DNA of 58,054 bases, taken from the IMG/VR virus record IMGVR_UViG_3300032234_000118, positions 1 through 58,054 of that record; one strand, written 5' to 3'. A program made the position numbers and the translations under genes. This DNA is from a virus. Lineage: Duplodnaviria > Caudoviricetes. Shown one piece after another: positions 16,992 through 28,100 of this stretch. Within the stretch, counting starts at the first letter, position 1, and each line of letters starts with the position of its first letter. The notes under the pieces are model-generated. The model did not search any database. It was given only the letters and a program-made list of their open reading frames with translations, and was not told the DNA's origin.

Positions 16992-19900
16992 ATGTCAACT
17001 TATTTATCAGGCACACCAACGTTTTTACCATCTGTACAACCATATGAACCAAATCTTCAGTTGTATGCAGGTGCGCTGCAAATGAAGCAGACACAATATG
17101 ATACTAACCGCAAAAAGATTAGTAATTTATATGGTTCATTACTCAACTCATCATTAACAAGACAGAACAATATTAACGCAAGAGATGAGTTCTTTAACAC
17201 TATTGACTATGAGATAAAGAAACTAGCTAATGTGGATTTATCTTTAGAGCAAAATGTATCTCAGGCTACTAAGTTATTTTCTGGATTATACGAAAACAAA
17301 AACATCATTAAAGATATGATGTGGACAAAGAACTATCAGTCTCAAGTAGAAAGAGGTGAGGGTTTTAGAAATTGTGTTGATCCAGAAAAATGTGGTGGTC
17401 AGTTTTGGCAAGGAGGACTTGATGCTCTTGAATATCAAAGACAAGAGTTTCAAAACATGTCTGATGATGAAGCAATGGGATACCATGATGTTACATATAC
17501 ACCTTTTATTAATGTAGGAGAAAAAGCTAATCAGATATTTAAAGACTACGGTTGGAATGTAAAAATGGATAGTCCTTCTGCTGATGGTAAGTGGATTATT
17601 ACAACTAAAAATGGTGAACAGATAATAGGGCCTGTTTATTCACACCTTCAAAGTATTATAGGTAAAGATCCTGCTATTGCAGAATACTATAGAACTAAAT
17701 CTTATTTAGATAGAAAGACTTGGGTTTCTGGAAATACAGCTCAATATGGTTCTGAGGATGCTGCTCTACAAGAATACATTAATCAAAAATCAAAAGAAAT
17801 CAATGATGCTATAGGAAATATAAATCAAGATGCTCAGTATGCTAAAGAAAATACAAAGAGAAGAGCTGAAGATTTAAAAGAAAATATAGAATCAGGAAAA
17901 GTAAGAGATACAACATCTGCTCAATCTGAATATGAAAGATTATTTGGAGAATCAGAATCTCATGCAGAAACAGAAAAGGTAACGTCAACTGCATTAACTT
18001 CTACTCAAAATAGTTTAGCTAGTCAGAATTTAAGATACCAAGCAGAAACTCTTGATGGTGCTTCTGCTTTATTAAATCTTAATATGGACTTATATGACTC
18101 TGCTAAGATACTTGCATATAAAGATTATGAACAAACATATAAGGTAAATGACTATGCATTATCTCAACAGAATCATATGTTTAGAATGCAAGAGGCTAAG
18201 TATAAATCTGATCTAGAATATGAGAATGATAAAAAGCTTCTTGATTTAGAAATGCAAGGTCAACAAATGCTTAATGAACGATTCTTAGGTGCATTAGCTT
18301 CAGATGTTGATACAGACCCTAACGCAGCGTTTAATAGAGTTAATGAATTAGCCAATGAAGCTACTGCAACAGCCTATACTAATACACAAGAAGTATTTAG
18401 AAGAACATATGATGCTGCTAAAACTAAAGTACAGGAGGGAGGCAATGGTTCTGCGCAGGCAGAATTAGATTTAATTAAAATGACAGATGAGTTTTTAAAT
18501 CAATATGTATCTCAAGCTACGCAACAAGGAGCAGCTGATGCTGGAGAGATGGGTAAAATGTATGAAAAGTTTAAAAACGGTACTACTCAGTATAAGTTAG
18601 CTTTTGCTAAGTCTTATGATATGAGTAAAGACTTTGGTAAACTAAATCAAAACATGTTGAATGCTGCTTATAAGTATAGTGTTAAAGGTATGTATTCAGG
18701 AGATCAGTCAAATATAAATAGAACATATTTAGGAGGTATTCGTGAACAATTATCATATAAAGTTCTTGCTGCAGACGAAGCACTAACAAGTGTAGAGAAA
18801 TGGAAAGAAGCTAAAGTAGATGTTTATAAAAGAGCTGCAGAAGTTGCAAGAACAAAAGGTGATACTAAGTATGCAGATTACTATGAAAGTTTAGTTACTA
18901 AACAAGGAGGTATAGCAAACGAAAATCAATTTGCACTCAACGTTGCTGAAAAAGCAATGAAGAATGCACAAAATGCTTCTAGTCAAGCAACTTTAGATGA
19001 TTATAAAAAAATATTCAATGAGAATTTTGCTACTAGAAAACAATGGATAGATCAAAATCTTTCTACTAAATTAAGTGAATCAGAAAGAAAAGCATTAGCA
19101 AATGGTACAGGCGATTATGCAGAAGCATATGAAATGGCAAAAAATAAATTTGCAGAACAAATGGTTAAATCTGATACACAAAAAAGAACAGATGCAAAAG
19201 GACAACCAATAGAGCCAGGGATAGATAAAAAGAATTTACCAAATGTATATATTACAAAAGGTGGTATAGCAGATGGTGGAGGATTCTTTGATGGTGAAAG
19301 AGTAGCTGTACCATACACAGAGTTCTTTGATGATAACGGACTTGTAAGAGCTAAGTACGCTAAATATGCAGATACATGGGAACACGATGATAATGCATTT
19401 TGGCAAACCTATAATGAGGCAAAAGCTTTATATAAAGGTGACGCAAAACCAGGAGGTGTTCTTGGAGCAGCAGGATTGGGAGCTGCTACTGGTGGAGCAT
19501 TTGGAGGACCTATAGGAGCTGGTATAGGGGCCTTATTTGCAGGACCATTAAATTATATGTATGGAGGCGAGGGACCTACAATAAATGATGAGTTCCTTAA
19601 TTCATTTAAAGAAGTATTTACTGATAAATATGTTACGGGTGCTGCTGAAGAACAATTAGGGTTAATGGGAATTGGTTCAGGTACAACTCAAAGTTTAGAT
19701 GGGTATGTAGATTACAGTGCTCCACTATCTAAAAATGTATTAGAAGAACAATCATTTTTACGTGATGCCTTTGGTGCAATTAGAGATAAAGATGTATTCT
19801 TTAGTTTTGGTAAAGCAGGTAATAGTTTACCAGGTATGAGTAACGTACAAGCAGAACAGTTTGTAAAACAACTTCTTGGTCAAGCAATTAAAAGTGGTAA

Positions 19901-20426
19901 AGGTTCTAAACCTACATGGTTAGGAAGTTATAATGCTACAGCGGGTGGTTCAAGAGATTGGCAATCATATACCATTATGGTTAATGATCCTACTTTCTTA
20001 AAAGATTTTGTTGGTACTAAAGATAATCCAGGAATGTACTATGAGTACTTTAAAGATAATAAAGAAGGAGCTGTAACAATGTATCTTAAAGATTCAGCAG
20101 CACAAAATGCTTTACATGTACAGACTAAAGTTCCTGAAATAGAAAAACTATTAACTGTAAAAGGTAGTGTTCCAATTGCATATGGTAAGTATGACGGAGG
20201 TATATCTAAACTTACTATGACAAGAAACCCAACAGGAGGATACTATGTTAATGGAAGTGTAGCAACAGGTGTAGATGATGTAACTAATGACTTCATTTAT
20301 GAACCGTTAAATTTAGTTTTTAATTCAGGTGCAGATAATGCTAGTTTGATTAATGAGCAATTGACTCAAGTACTTGATCAACTTAATTTGAATGTAATAT
20401 CTCAGATGAATAACTTAATGCGATAA
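16992..20426 (+). CDS. Ejection/cargo protein with glycine-zipper hydrophobic segment
   Basis: 1144-aa helical protein containing GGVLGAAGLGAATGGAFGGPIGAGIGALFAGP; lies just before the giant genes. Confidence 0.6.
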   Translation: MSTYLSGTPTFLPSVQPYEPNLQLYAGALQMKQTQYDTNRKKISNLYGSLLNSSLTRQNNINARDEFFNTIDYEIKKLANVDLSLEQNVSQATKLFSGLYENKNIIKDMMWTKNYQSQVERGEGFRNCVDPEKCGGQFWQGGLDALEYQRQEFQNMSDDEAMGYHDVTYTPFINVGEKANQIFKDYGWNVKMDSPSADGKWIITTKNGEQIIGPVYSHLQSIIGKDPAIAEYYRTKSYLDRKTWVSGNTAQYGSEDAALQEYINQKSKEINDAIGNINQDAQYAKENTKRRAEDLKENIESGKVRDTTSAQSEYERLFGESESHAETEKVTSTALTSTQNSLASQNLRYQAETLDGASALLNLNMDLYDSAKILAYKDYEQTYKVNDYALSQQNHMFRMQEAKYKSDLEYENDKKLLDLEMQGQQMLNERFLGALASDVDTDPNAAFNRVNELANEATATAYTNTQEVFRRTYDAAKTKVQEGGNGSAQAELDLIKMTDEFLNQYVSQATQQGAADAGEMGKMYEKFKNGTTQYKLAFAKSYDMSKDFGKLNQNMLNAAYKYSVKGMYSGDQSNINRTYLGGIREQLSYKVLAADEALTSVEKWKEAKVDVYKRAAEVARTKGDTKYADYYESLVTKQGGIANENQFALNVAEKAMKNAQNASSQATLDDYKKIFNENFATRKQWIDQNLSTKLSESERKALANGTGDYAEAYEMAKNKFAEQMVKSDTQKRTDAKGQPIEPGIDKKNLPNVYITKGGIADGGGFFDGERVAVPYTEFFDDNGLVRAKYAKYADTWEHDDNAFWQTYNEAKALYKGDAKPGGVLGAAGLGAATGGAFGGPIGAGIGALFAGPLNYMYGGEGPTINDEFLNSFKEVFTDKYVTGAAEEQLGLMGIGSGTTQSLDGYVDYSAPLSKNVLEEQSFLRDAFGAIRDKDVFFSFGKAGNSLPGMSNVQAEQFVKQLLGQAIKSGKGSKPTWLGSYNATAGGSRDWQSYTIMVNDPTFLKDFVGTKDNPGMYYEYFKDNKEGAVTMYLKDSAAQNALHVQTKVPEIEKLLTVKGSVPIAYGKYDGGISKLTMTRNPTGGYYVNGSVATGVDDVTNDFIYEPLNLVFNSGADNASLINEQLTQVLDQLNLNVISQMNNLMR

Positions 20427-20437
20427 AATTATTTATA

Positions 20438-23400
20438 ATGGCCATTAAACAACTTGTTGATTTAGCTGATTACTTTCCACAAACTAATGTTAAATCTAAT
20501 GATCCTATAAAGCAAGCATCTCAGTCTTCTCCTTCTGATGATGCTTTTGCAATACTTAATAGAGAGTTACCAAAAGTTCAACAAAATGTTATTGATCCTT
20601 ATATGCGTGGTAAAGAACGTGTGTGGGGCGCTGACATGAACAACATGAAGTATGAGAGGTATTATAATCACCCTCAGTTCAATAGATTAGGTTTTAATCC
20701 ATTTATAGACAACGAAGCAAAGTATAATGCTAATAGTTCATGGACAGATGATTTAGCCAGAGCATCTACACAGTGGGGTACTTTAGCACAAATAGGTTTT
20801 GGATTAGGACCAAGTTCAGATAGAGAGGAAGCTAAATTATATAAACGTGCAGCAGATATAGGTACATCTACAAGAGGTGGTCTAGGAGGTTTTGCTACTA
20901 ACTTATATCTTAACTCAGGATACACCTTTGGTTTGATGGGTGAAATAATCCTAGAAGAAATAGGATTGGCAGTAGCTACAGCAGCTACGGGTGGGGGTGC
21001 AGGAGCAGCTGCATTAGCACGTACTGGTGTGAACGCTAGCAGATTGGCAAGAGGATTTCAAAAAACAGGGCAGTTCTTTAAGAGCACTAATAAGATAGTT
21101 AATGCTCTTGATGATATGGCTGATGTTAATGTCTTTAGAAAAATATATCAAGCAGCTAAAACAGGAGAAATTGGTATTGGTAAATTTGCTGCTAATAGTG
21201 CTAGGTTTGCTGGTAAACAAATTGCTGGTGAAACTTATAATTTTTTATCAAACTTTAATAAGTTAGATAACTTAACTGGAATGGCCAAAACTACATTAGG
21301 TTTGGGGTCTGCATATAGAGATATAAGAAATGTAAGATTAGCATTTGCAGAGTCAGGACTTGAAGGAGGAATGGTAGAGAATCAAATGCTTGATGATTTA
21401 TACTCTGACTTTGTAAGTAAGAATGGTAGAGCTCCAAATGAAGAAGAGGCTGCTAAAATTAGAGGAGTTGCTAAACAAGCAGGCGGAGATACAATTTCTC
21501 AAAACATGCCTGTAATTTATTTTAGTAACAATATTGCATTTGGTTCTTTATTTAAGGCTATCAATCCTATGCGAAAGATAGTTCCTGAGTTAGGTAATAA
21601 TTTTGCCAAACTTATTTTAGATAAAAAGAAAGGATTTGAAGTAGTAGAGAAAGGTTTTAAAACATCAATAAAAGCTTTAGCTAAACCTAAAACATATGGT
21701 AAGATGGCACTTAGTTATATGAGTGCTAACTTAGCGGAAGGTCTTCAAGAAATTGCACAGGAAGTTATATCTGGTACAAATACAGATTACTATAAAAATT
21801 TATATAGTAATGGAGCAAGAGGTGGTTATTATGACTCATTAGCAAAAAATATTAGCAGTCAGTTTTCATCTCAAGGTTTTGAAACATTTACATCAGGCTT
21901 CCTTATGGGAGGTTTAGTATCTCCTGTGTCATCAGTATTATCTGGAGTAGGTGGTAAGTTTAATGCACTTACTGATAAAAACTATCAAACTACTAAAGAA
22001 CAAGCTATTGCAGATCTTAATAAGAAAGCTAATATATTAAATGATCTTTATAAGGATCCTCTTAAAATGCACAACTTAAATTTAAATAATCTAGTTGAGC
22101 AGAAAGAGATGAGCCAAACAATGAGTGAGGCAGAACAAGAGGGTGATACTAAAAAGTTCTATGATACAAAGTATAGATCTATGGCTAACCATTTCTATAC
22201 TGTATTAGAGAATGGTATGGAAGATACCTTTAAACAAAGATTTAAAGAGTTATCTTCATTAACAGATGATGAACTTATGGAGGCATTGCCTACTGCAGGA
22301 GATGTAGAACAGGCTAGAAAGAACCTTCAAGAAATGAGTACTAAAGTTGATGAGTTTAAAAAATCCTATAAGTTTGTAAAAGAGAATTTTAAAAATCCAT
22401 TTGACCCAAGTAAGTATAAAGCAGATACTCCAGAATATCAACAAGAAGCTTTTGCATATATATCTTTTCAAGAGGCGCAGAAGGATGTAATTTTTATGAG
22501 AGAAGGTTTTAGAACCTCGCTTGTAAGAATGAATAGTATTTTAAATGAAGCTGTAAAAGATGTAGGTGTAAGTACAATAAATACAAGTGACATAACTAAC
22601 CTATTCTCTATACAAGGAGTACAGACTGAAATAAATAATCTTAAAGAAGAATTAGCTGTATATGGTGAGCAAGAACTTGTTACACCACAAGCTAAAAAAC
22701 TATTTACTCAAAAGAAAGAAAAGTTAGATGCGTTACAACAATTTGATACAGCATTAACAGATTTGCTTTCAAATATTAATACGGATACTGAAACGTTGAA
22801 CAAAGACCTTGAAGGAGGTACTAAGAAAGTGGTAGATGTTAAACAACGTGAAGTAGATCAAAAAGTATATAATAAAGCATTAGATGCATATAAGAATTAT
22901 ATAAAGACTCTTGCTGGCAGAGCTCCAGTTACAGATAAAAATTTAGAGGCAGCGTTTGATAAACTAGTTGACTATTATAACCTTGATAGTGAAGGTGTAA
23001 ATATGAACAACGCAGTTAACACATTAATGAACCCAGAGGCATTCTTTGAATATGCTGCAAGAAAACAACAAGTAATAGCATCTGAACACGCAAATAGAAA
23101 GATAAGAATTACTGAGGCACTTAATGAGTATAGGAAAGGAATGGAAGGTAATAAACTTCTACAAAAACTATATGAAAAAGATATGTTCTTTGACATAGCG
23201 GATTATGAAGCTCTTGTCAATGAGGGTAAGATGCCTAGAAGAATATATAATATTTCTAATAATGATGAGATAAAAACTACTTCTTTACAATATGAAGAAG
23301 CAATATCCATATTTAGAGACTTTGCAATTGAAGTATTAGATATTCCATTAGATTACAACAGAGCTCTTGACCAGTACAATACTGAGGCTAGAGAGAAGTT

Positions 23401-25156
23401 CCCTTTTGACGAAAGAACTTATACAGACTTAGCTGAACAATATGGGTTTGACCCTACAGCAAGTACATCCAAAGTACCATTAAAGCAAGTATTGGAAGCT
23501 ATAGTTGACAGTGAATTTGCAACAGACCAAGAGAAGGCCTTAGCAAGAAGACTTGTTAAATTTGCTAAACCAAATGAGACAGTTACATTTGTTAAAAACT
23601 TAGCTGGTCCAGGTAAGTATACTACTGAAGATCAATCAGTTATAGATGCAAGATACTCTGCTAGTGAGTTTAAATCAAATGCTCAAAGTTATCCACTTGA
23701 AGTTTCCATTCTACGAGAAGAAGTAAATAGAAGATTATACAATGGACTTAAAGAAGATCCAGAGTTCAAAACTAATATGCAAAATTTATTTAATAGTGCT
23801 GTTCAGTACTATAGAGATAATGAGCAGTTTTATGATAAACCATTCATAGGTCTTGTATCATTAGAAGATTTCATGCGGGAGACTATGACAAGTGATGCGT
23901 TTAGAACATTCTTGTCAGAAGTAGAGTTTGAAGGTAAAACCACTACAGGATGGGTAGATTTTGTAAATAAGTCTACAGACTATATACAGAGTGTATTCTC
24001 AAATGAGTCTACAAATACTGCGCTTAATGGAGCTATTGCAGCTATAACAACTAGAATAGACAAAGCATATAAGCAAGCGCAGGAAGTTAAAGGTGAAACT
24101 GTAGAAGAAGAAGTTGTTAGACCTGAGAACATGACTGTTGAAGAGCTCAATGAAACTAGTCCAGAGTTAATGGCTGAGTTAGTTGAGGCATTTAAAGAGT
24201 ATAAGATAAATACAACTGGTCTAGCAGTACAGACTCCTGCAGAAACTGTAGAGGATGAAATAGAATTGATTAAAAACAGTACTGACTTTGAAGCATTTTT
24301 AAAACTTAAAACTCCAAGAGTATTAGCGTTGTATGAAAAGTACTTCCCTCAAGCTGGGCCTAGAGTTATTCAAAGAAGACCAGGTATTAAGCAGACACAA
24401 ACACAGACTGATCAGACATTCTTACTTACAGAACAAATAAATAAACTTAAAGACCTAGGATATACCCAAGCTGAAATAGAACAGATGGATGTATTAGAGG
24501 GAATTAATATTGTACTGCAAGGAGAAACTAAAGAAGAAACATTAGCAAGGGTAAGAGCTGAGCAAGAAGACCTTGACCAGCAAAGAGAAGACGCAAGAAA
24601 AGAAATAGTAGATAGATTAAATGCTATAGAAAACTTTAATGATTTTGAAATTTTTGATGCTGAGTTAATAGCTGATGTAACTCTTAGAAATACTTCTGGG
24701 TTTAAACCATCTGAAATCAATGAGATGTTATTAAACAAGAAGAAAGAACTTGCATATAAGACAAATTTTGACGATATTAATGTAGATGATTATTTGGTTA
24801 TAAATAATCTAGAGAAAGGAATACAAAGTGTCTGGAGGATTGCTAAGAAGACTAAAAATCAATTAACTTTGGTTAGTCTTAAAGATGCTACTTCTACATT
24901 CACAATTAATAGAAGTGACTTTGCTAAGGATAATACAAAGAGACTTATATTTAAATACGATATTAATATGGCTCCAGAAGATATGAAAATGAATGAAGTT
25001 ACTCCTGAAGGTCAAGCTACTTCTAATGAAAACGTACAAGTATTTGAAAACTTATCAGAAGAAGAAATAGATGCTGCATTTAAAGCTTCTAAAAATATAA
25101 ACCCTGATGCTGCCTTAAATAACTTTTTAGATAATCTTAATAACGCTTGTAAATAA
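20438..25156 (+). CDS. Giant virion/ejection protein 1 (hydrophobic N-terminal helices, degenerate zincin-like domain)
   Basis: IGLAVATAATGGGAGAAALA and EGLQEIAQ..GFLMGG motifs; REEVN followed by GLVSLEDFMRE; first of the three giant genes. Confidence 0.7.
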   Translation: MAIKQLVDLADYFPQTNVKSNDPIKQASQSSPSDDAFAILNRELPKVQQNVIDPYMRGKERVWGADMNNMKYERYYNHPQFNRLGFNPFIDNEAKYNANSSWTDDLARASTQWGTLAQIGFGLGPSSDREEAKLYKRAADIGTSTRGGLGGFATNLYLNSGYTFGLMGEIILEEIGLAVATAATGGGAGAAALARTGVNASRLARGFQKTGQFFKSTNKIVNALDDMADVNVFRKIYQAAKTGEIGIGKFAANSARFAGKQIAGETYNFLSNFNKLDNLTGMAKTTLGLGSAYRDIRNVRLAFAESGLEGGMVENQMLDDLYSDFVSKNGRAPNEEEAAKIRGVAKQAGGDTISQNMPVIYFSNNIAFGSLFKAINPMRKIVPELGNNFAKLILDKKKGFEVVEKGFKTSIKALAKPKTYGKMALSYMSANLAEGLQEIAQEVISGTNTDYYKNLYSNGARGGYYDSLAKNISSQFSSQGFETFTSGFLMGGLVSPVSSVLSGVGGKFNALTDKNYQTTKEQAIADLNKKANILNDLYKDPLKMHNLNLNNLVEQKEMSQTMSEAEQEGDTKKFYDTKYRSMANHFYTVLENGMEDTFKQRFKELSSLTDDELMEALPTAGDVEQARKNLQEMSTKVDEFKKSYKFVKENFKNPFDPSKYKADTPEYQQEAFAYISFQEAQKDVIFMREGFRTSLVRMNSILNEAVKDVGVSTINTSDITNLFSIQGVQTEINNLKEELAVYGEQELVTPQAKKLFTQKKEKLDALQQFDTALTDLLSNINTDTETLNKDLEGGTKKVVDVKQREVDQKVYNKALDAYKNYIKTLAGRAPVTDKNLEAAFDKLVDYYNLDSEGVNMNNAVNTLMNPEAFFEYAARKQQVIASEHANRKIRITEALNEYRKGMEGNKLLQKLYEKDMFFDIADYEALVNEGKMPRRIYNISNNDEIKTTSLQYEEAISIFRDFAIEVLDIPLDYNRALDQYNTEAREKFPFDERTYTDLAEQYGFDPTASTSKVPLKQVLEAIVDSEFATDQEKALARRLVKFAKPNETVTFVKNLAGPGKYTTEDQSVIDARYSASEFKSNAQSYPLEVSILREEVNRRLYNGLKEDPEFKTNMQNLFNSAVQYYRDNEQFYDKPFIGLVSLEDFMRETMTSDAFRTFLSEVEFEGKTTTGWVDFVNKSTDYIQSVFSNESTNTALNGAIAAITTRIDKAYKQAQEVKGETVEEEVVRPENMTVEELNETSPELMAELVEAFKEYKINTTGLAVQTPAETVEDEIELIKNSTDFEAFLKLKTPRVLALYEKYFPQAGPRVIQRRPGIKQTQTQTDQTFLLTEQINKLKDLGYTQAEIEQMDVLEGINIVLQGETKEETLARVRAEQEDLDQQREDARKEIVDRLNAIENFNDFEIFDAELIADVTLRNTSGFKPSEINEMLLNKKKELAYKTNFDDINVDDYLVINNLEKGIQSVWRIAKKTKNQLTLVSLKDATSTFTINRSDFAKDNTKRLIFKYDINMAPEDMKMNEVTPEGQATSNENVQVFENLSEEEIDAAFKASKNINPDAALNNFLDNLNNACK

Positions 25157-28100
25157 TGTTCTGTTCTTTAAATTCTGAAGAAGGTAAGAAGGCATATATT
25201 GCTCTTACAACTTATGTAGGTTCTGTAATGAACAACATTGCTTTTTCTCCTGTAGATAAGTTTGATATTGACAAGCTTATGAAGGATACATATGACAATG
25301 TTTATAATTCAACAAATAATTATGAGCAAGCAATAGATATAACTAGAGCAATACCACGCATCGTACTTTCATTAGCTCCAAGAGATATTAGTATATTGTC
25401 AACACTTATACCTAAAGGTTTAAATTTATCATCAATAGCAGAGTATGCAACACAGGCTAATGAAGAAAAAACAGGAATAAGTTTTATTGAAGATAAGCTA
25501 GGAGTTTCTCAAGACATACTACAAGAAGTTAAAGATGCACAAGAGGGTACAGTAAAACAAGAAGTTCCTGAAGAGAAGATAGAAAGTGAGTTACCTGAAA
25601 TACAAGTACCAGGAGAACAACTTACTTTTTCATTTGATGAGAATGGTGAAGTAGAAACTGTAGACGTTACTGAAGAAGTAACTAAACAGAAAACTGATAT
25701 AGAAGCTAAGAAAGCTGATATAGAAAGAAGAAGACAAAAGGCAATTGAATTTAATAAAGGAGCTAAACCTGTTACTGAAGAAGATTATAAAGAATTTGAT
25801 AAAGATTTTGTACTTACAGAAGAATATAAAAAATTATTAGGTACGTATGATTTTGATTTAGATCCAGAATCTAGATCTGATGATGATTTAGTAGGTAATA
25901 TTAAATCTATACAAGAAGGTATGGATTTAATCAATGCTAAATATGATGCAGAATTGGCTGCTTTAGAAGATACTGAAGAACAAATTATATTACCTGAAGA
26001 CAAAGTATTTGAAGCAGTAGCTCCGCATGTACTTAAGGATACAGATAATGAAGCTCTTAGTATGGATAAGGCTAGTTCTAAATTTAATGTAATTGATCCT
26101 GCAAAAAAGCTGTTCTATAAAGTAAAAAGAAATATAGTAAGAGCAATAAGAGGTGGAGCTAAGTCTTCAGAGATAAACTACCCTGGCGTAGGTGCATTGT
26201 ACCTTAAAGCACAGAGCTCATCTCTACTACCTGAAGATGTAAAACTTAAAGATTCATCTCCAGTAGTACTAGTAGTTGTAGATAAAGATGGTAACGCTGT
26301 TAAGTTTGATGACAATGGAAACGTGTCACCTACTGGTAAGATATCATTCTATAATTTACGTACACCATTTGATATAGATGGTAAGTATGAGAAGAAAAGA
26401 ATAACTGCACTAGCAAAGCAATTTAAAATAAGTGAAGAGGTTGCTAAAAAAGTATTATTAAAAGAGAGAGGTGTTGTTGAAGAGGTACTTGATTATGTAT
26501 CTAAGGATATAAACAATACTGTTATTATGGATATTACGGGAGGTACACTTGGTCACTTAGGTAGCCAAGCAGAACCTTACCTTATATCTAAAGTTGCATT
26601 TGGTAAAGATGTGTTCCGTGTAGACTATGACGGTAAAGGAAACTATACATTCAGATTACCAAGTGTAAGTGATGACGCAATTAGAATTGGTAGAACAGAA
26701 ACTAAAGATTCACCAGCACTAGTAGATTTGTTATCTGACTTCATTGTAAATGACATCTATACTACTAGCGGTGCATTATTAACTAATAAGGAAAAGAAAG
26801 ATATTCTAAGCAGATATCTTATGCTTAGCTCTTCACAGGTATCTGTACTTTCAACTGGTCCAATATTACTTGGAGAAAAAATGCAAGTAAATACTCCTGA
26901 AGAAAGAGTAGCAGCCAAAGAAGCACTAGTAAAGTATTTCAATAACTTATTCCCATACAAAGTATTAGATAAGGGAGAAGTAAATGACAGAGTAAGGAAC
27001 GGAGCTAGAATAGTTTCTGATATTAATGATGCTACAAATAGGGGAGATATACTAGCAAAGACAGATGTTAATACTGGAGAGTTAGTGTATCAGTTATTGA
27101 CGTATCCTACATTAAACATTACTAAGGCAGGACTTGATGCTGGTATGCATTTTAGTCTAGCTAAGGATGATGTTAATGGTGGTATGCGTATGACTCCAAT
27201 TGTCAATGGATATACTGAGAACTATATAAAAGAAAACTATAAGATTGACAAGCTATTAAATGCTGAGAATCAGTTAGTTGCGTTAAATGCATATCTTACA
27301 TTTGAGCCAGTATCTTATGAGACAGGAAAGATAGATCCTGTTACTACTAAAGAAGAAGAGGAAGAGCTTGATGACTACGATGCATTTCTTGAACAATTAA
27401 CAGCTGAACAAAAAGCAGCTTATGATGCGCTTCCTGCTGAGACTAAAGAGGCAATGGCTATTATTAAAAATGCTAATGCTAATTTACCATTTAACGGTAT
27501 TCTATCTCAGCAAACAGTTCTTACGTTTGAAAATAATCTAAGAGGTGGTTTATACGACAGAAACTTTGCAGTAGAAGTATTGACTCAACTTAAAGATCAA
27601 ATTAAATTAAGTGCAGAGCAGATACGTATTGCTGAAGCTAACATAAGGAAGTTTACTAAACCAGTACAAGCTCCTATATCACCAGTTCCTGTTACAGGAT
27701 CAACTAATATTACAGCTACTATACAACCTGTTGTAAATAAAGAAGGTAAAGTAAATATCTATGATGGTACAAAAGAAAATGCACATCTTAGTAATTTTGC
27801 TGAACGCCCATTTGTATATGAGGGTACAGAGTTCCCTACTGTAGAACATGCATTTCAATATGCAAAAGGTAAGTTTTATAATGAGTACGCAATAGATCCT
27901 TCAAGTGATGAAACTCCTGATCAACGTAGAGCTTTAGTTGATAAACATCTACAGAAAATTCTTAATGCTAAGACTGCTGCAGAAGCCAAACGTCTAGGGC
28001 GTGCGCAAATTGGAGTAGACTTTGAGGATGATATGTGGGATGAGGCTTCTCCAGCTATAATGAAGAAGTTAATTGAAGAATCATTTAAACAAAATCCAGA

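Noticed and set aside
25849-25863. Second DxDxD motif (DFDLD) in the polymerase as a second active site
   Set aside because: It lies in an acidic insert and lacks the RIP..G.DFDID context found at 33673.
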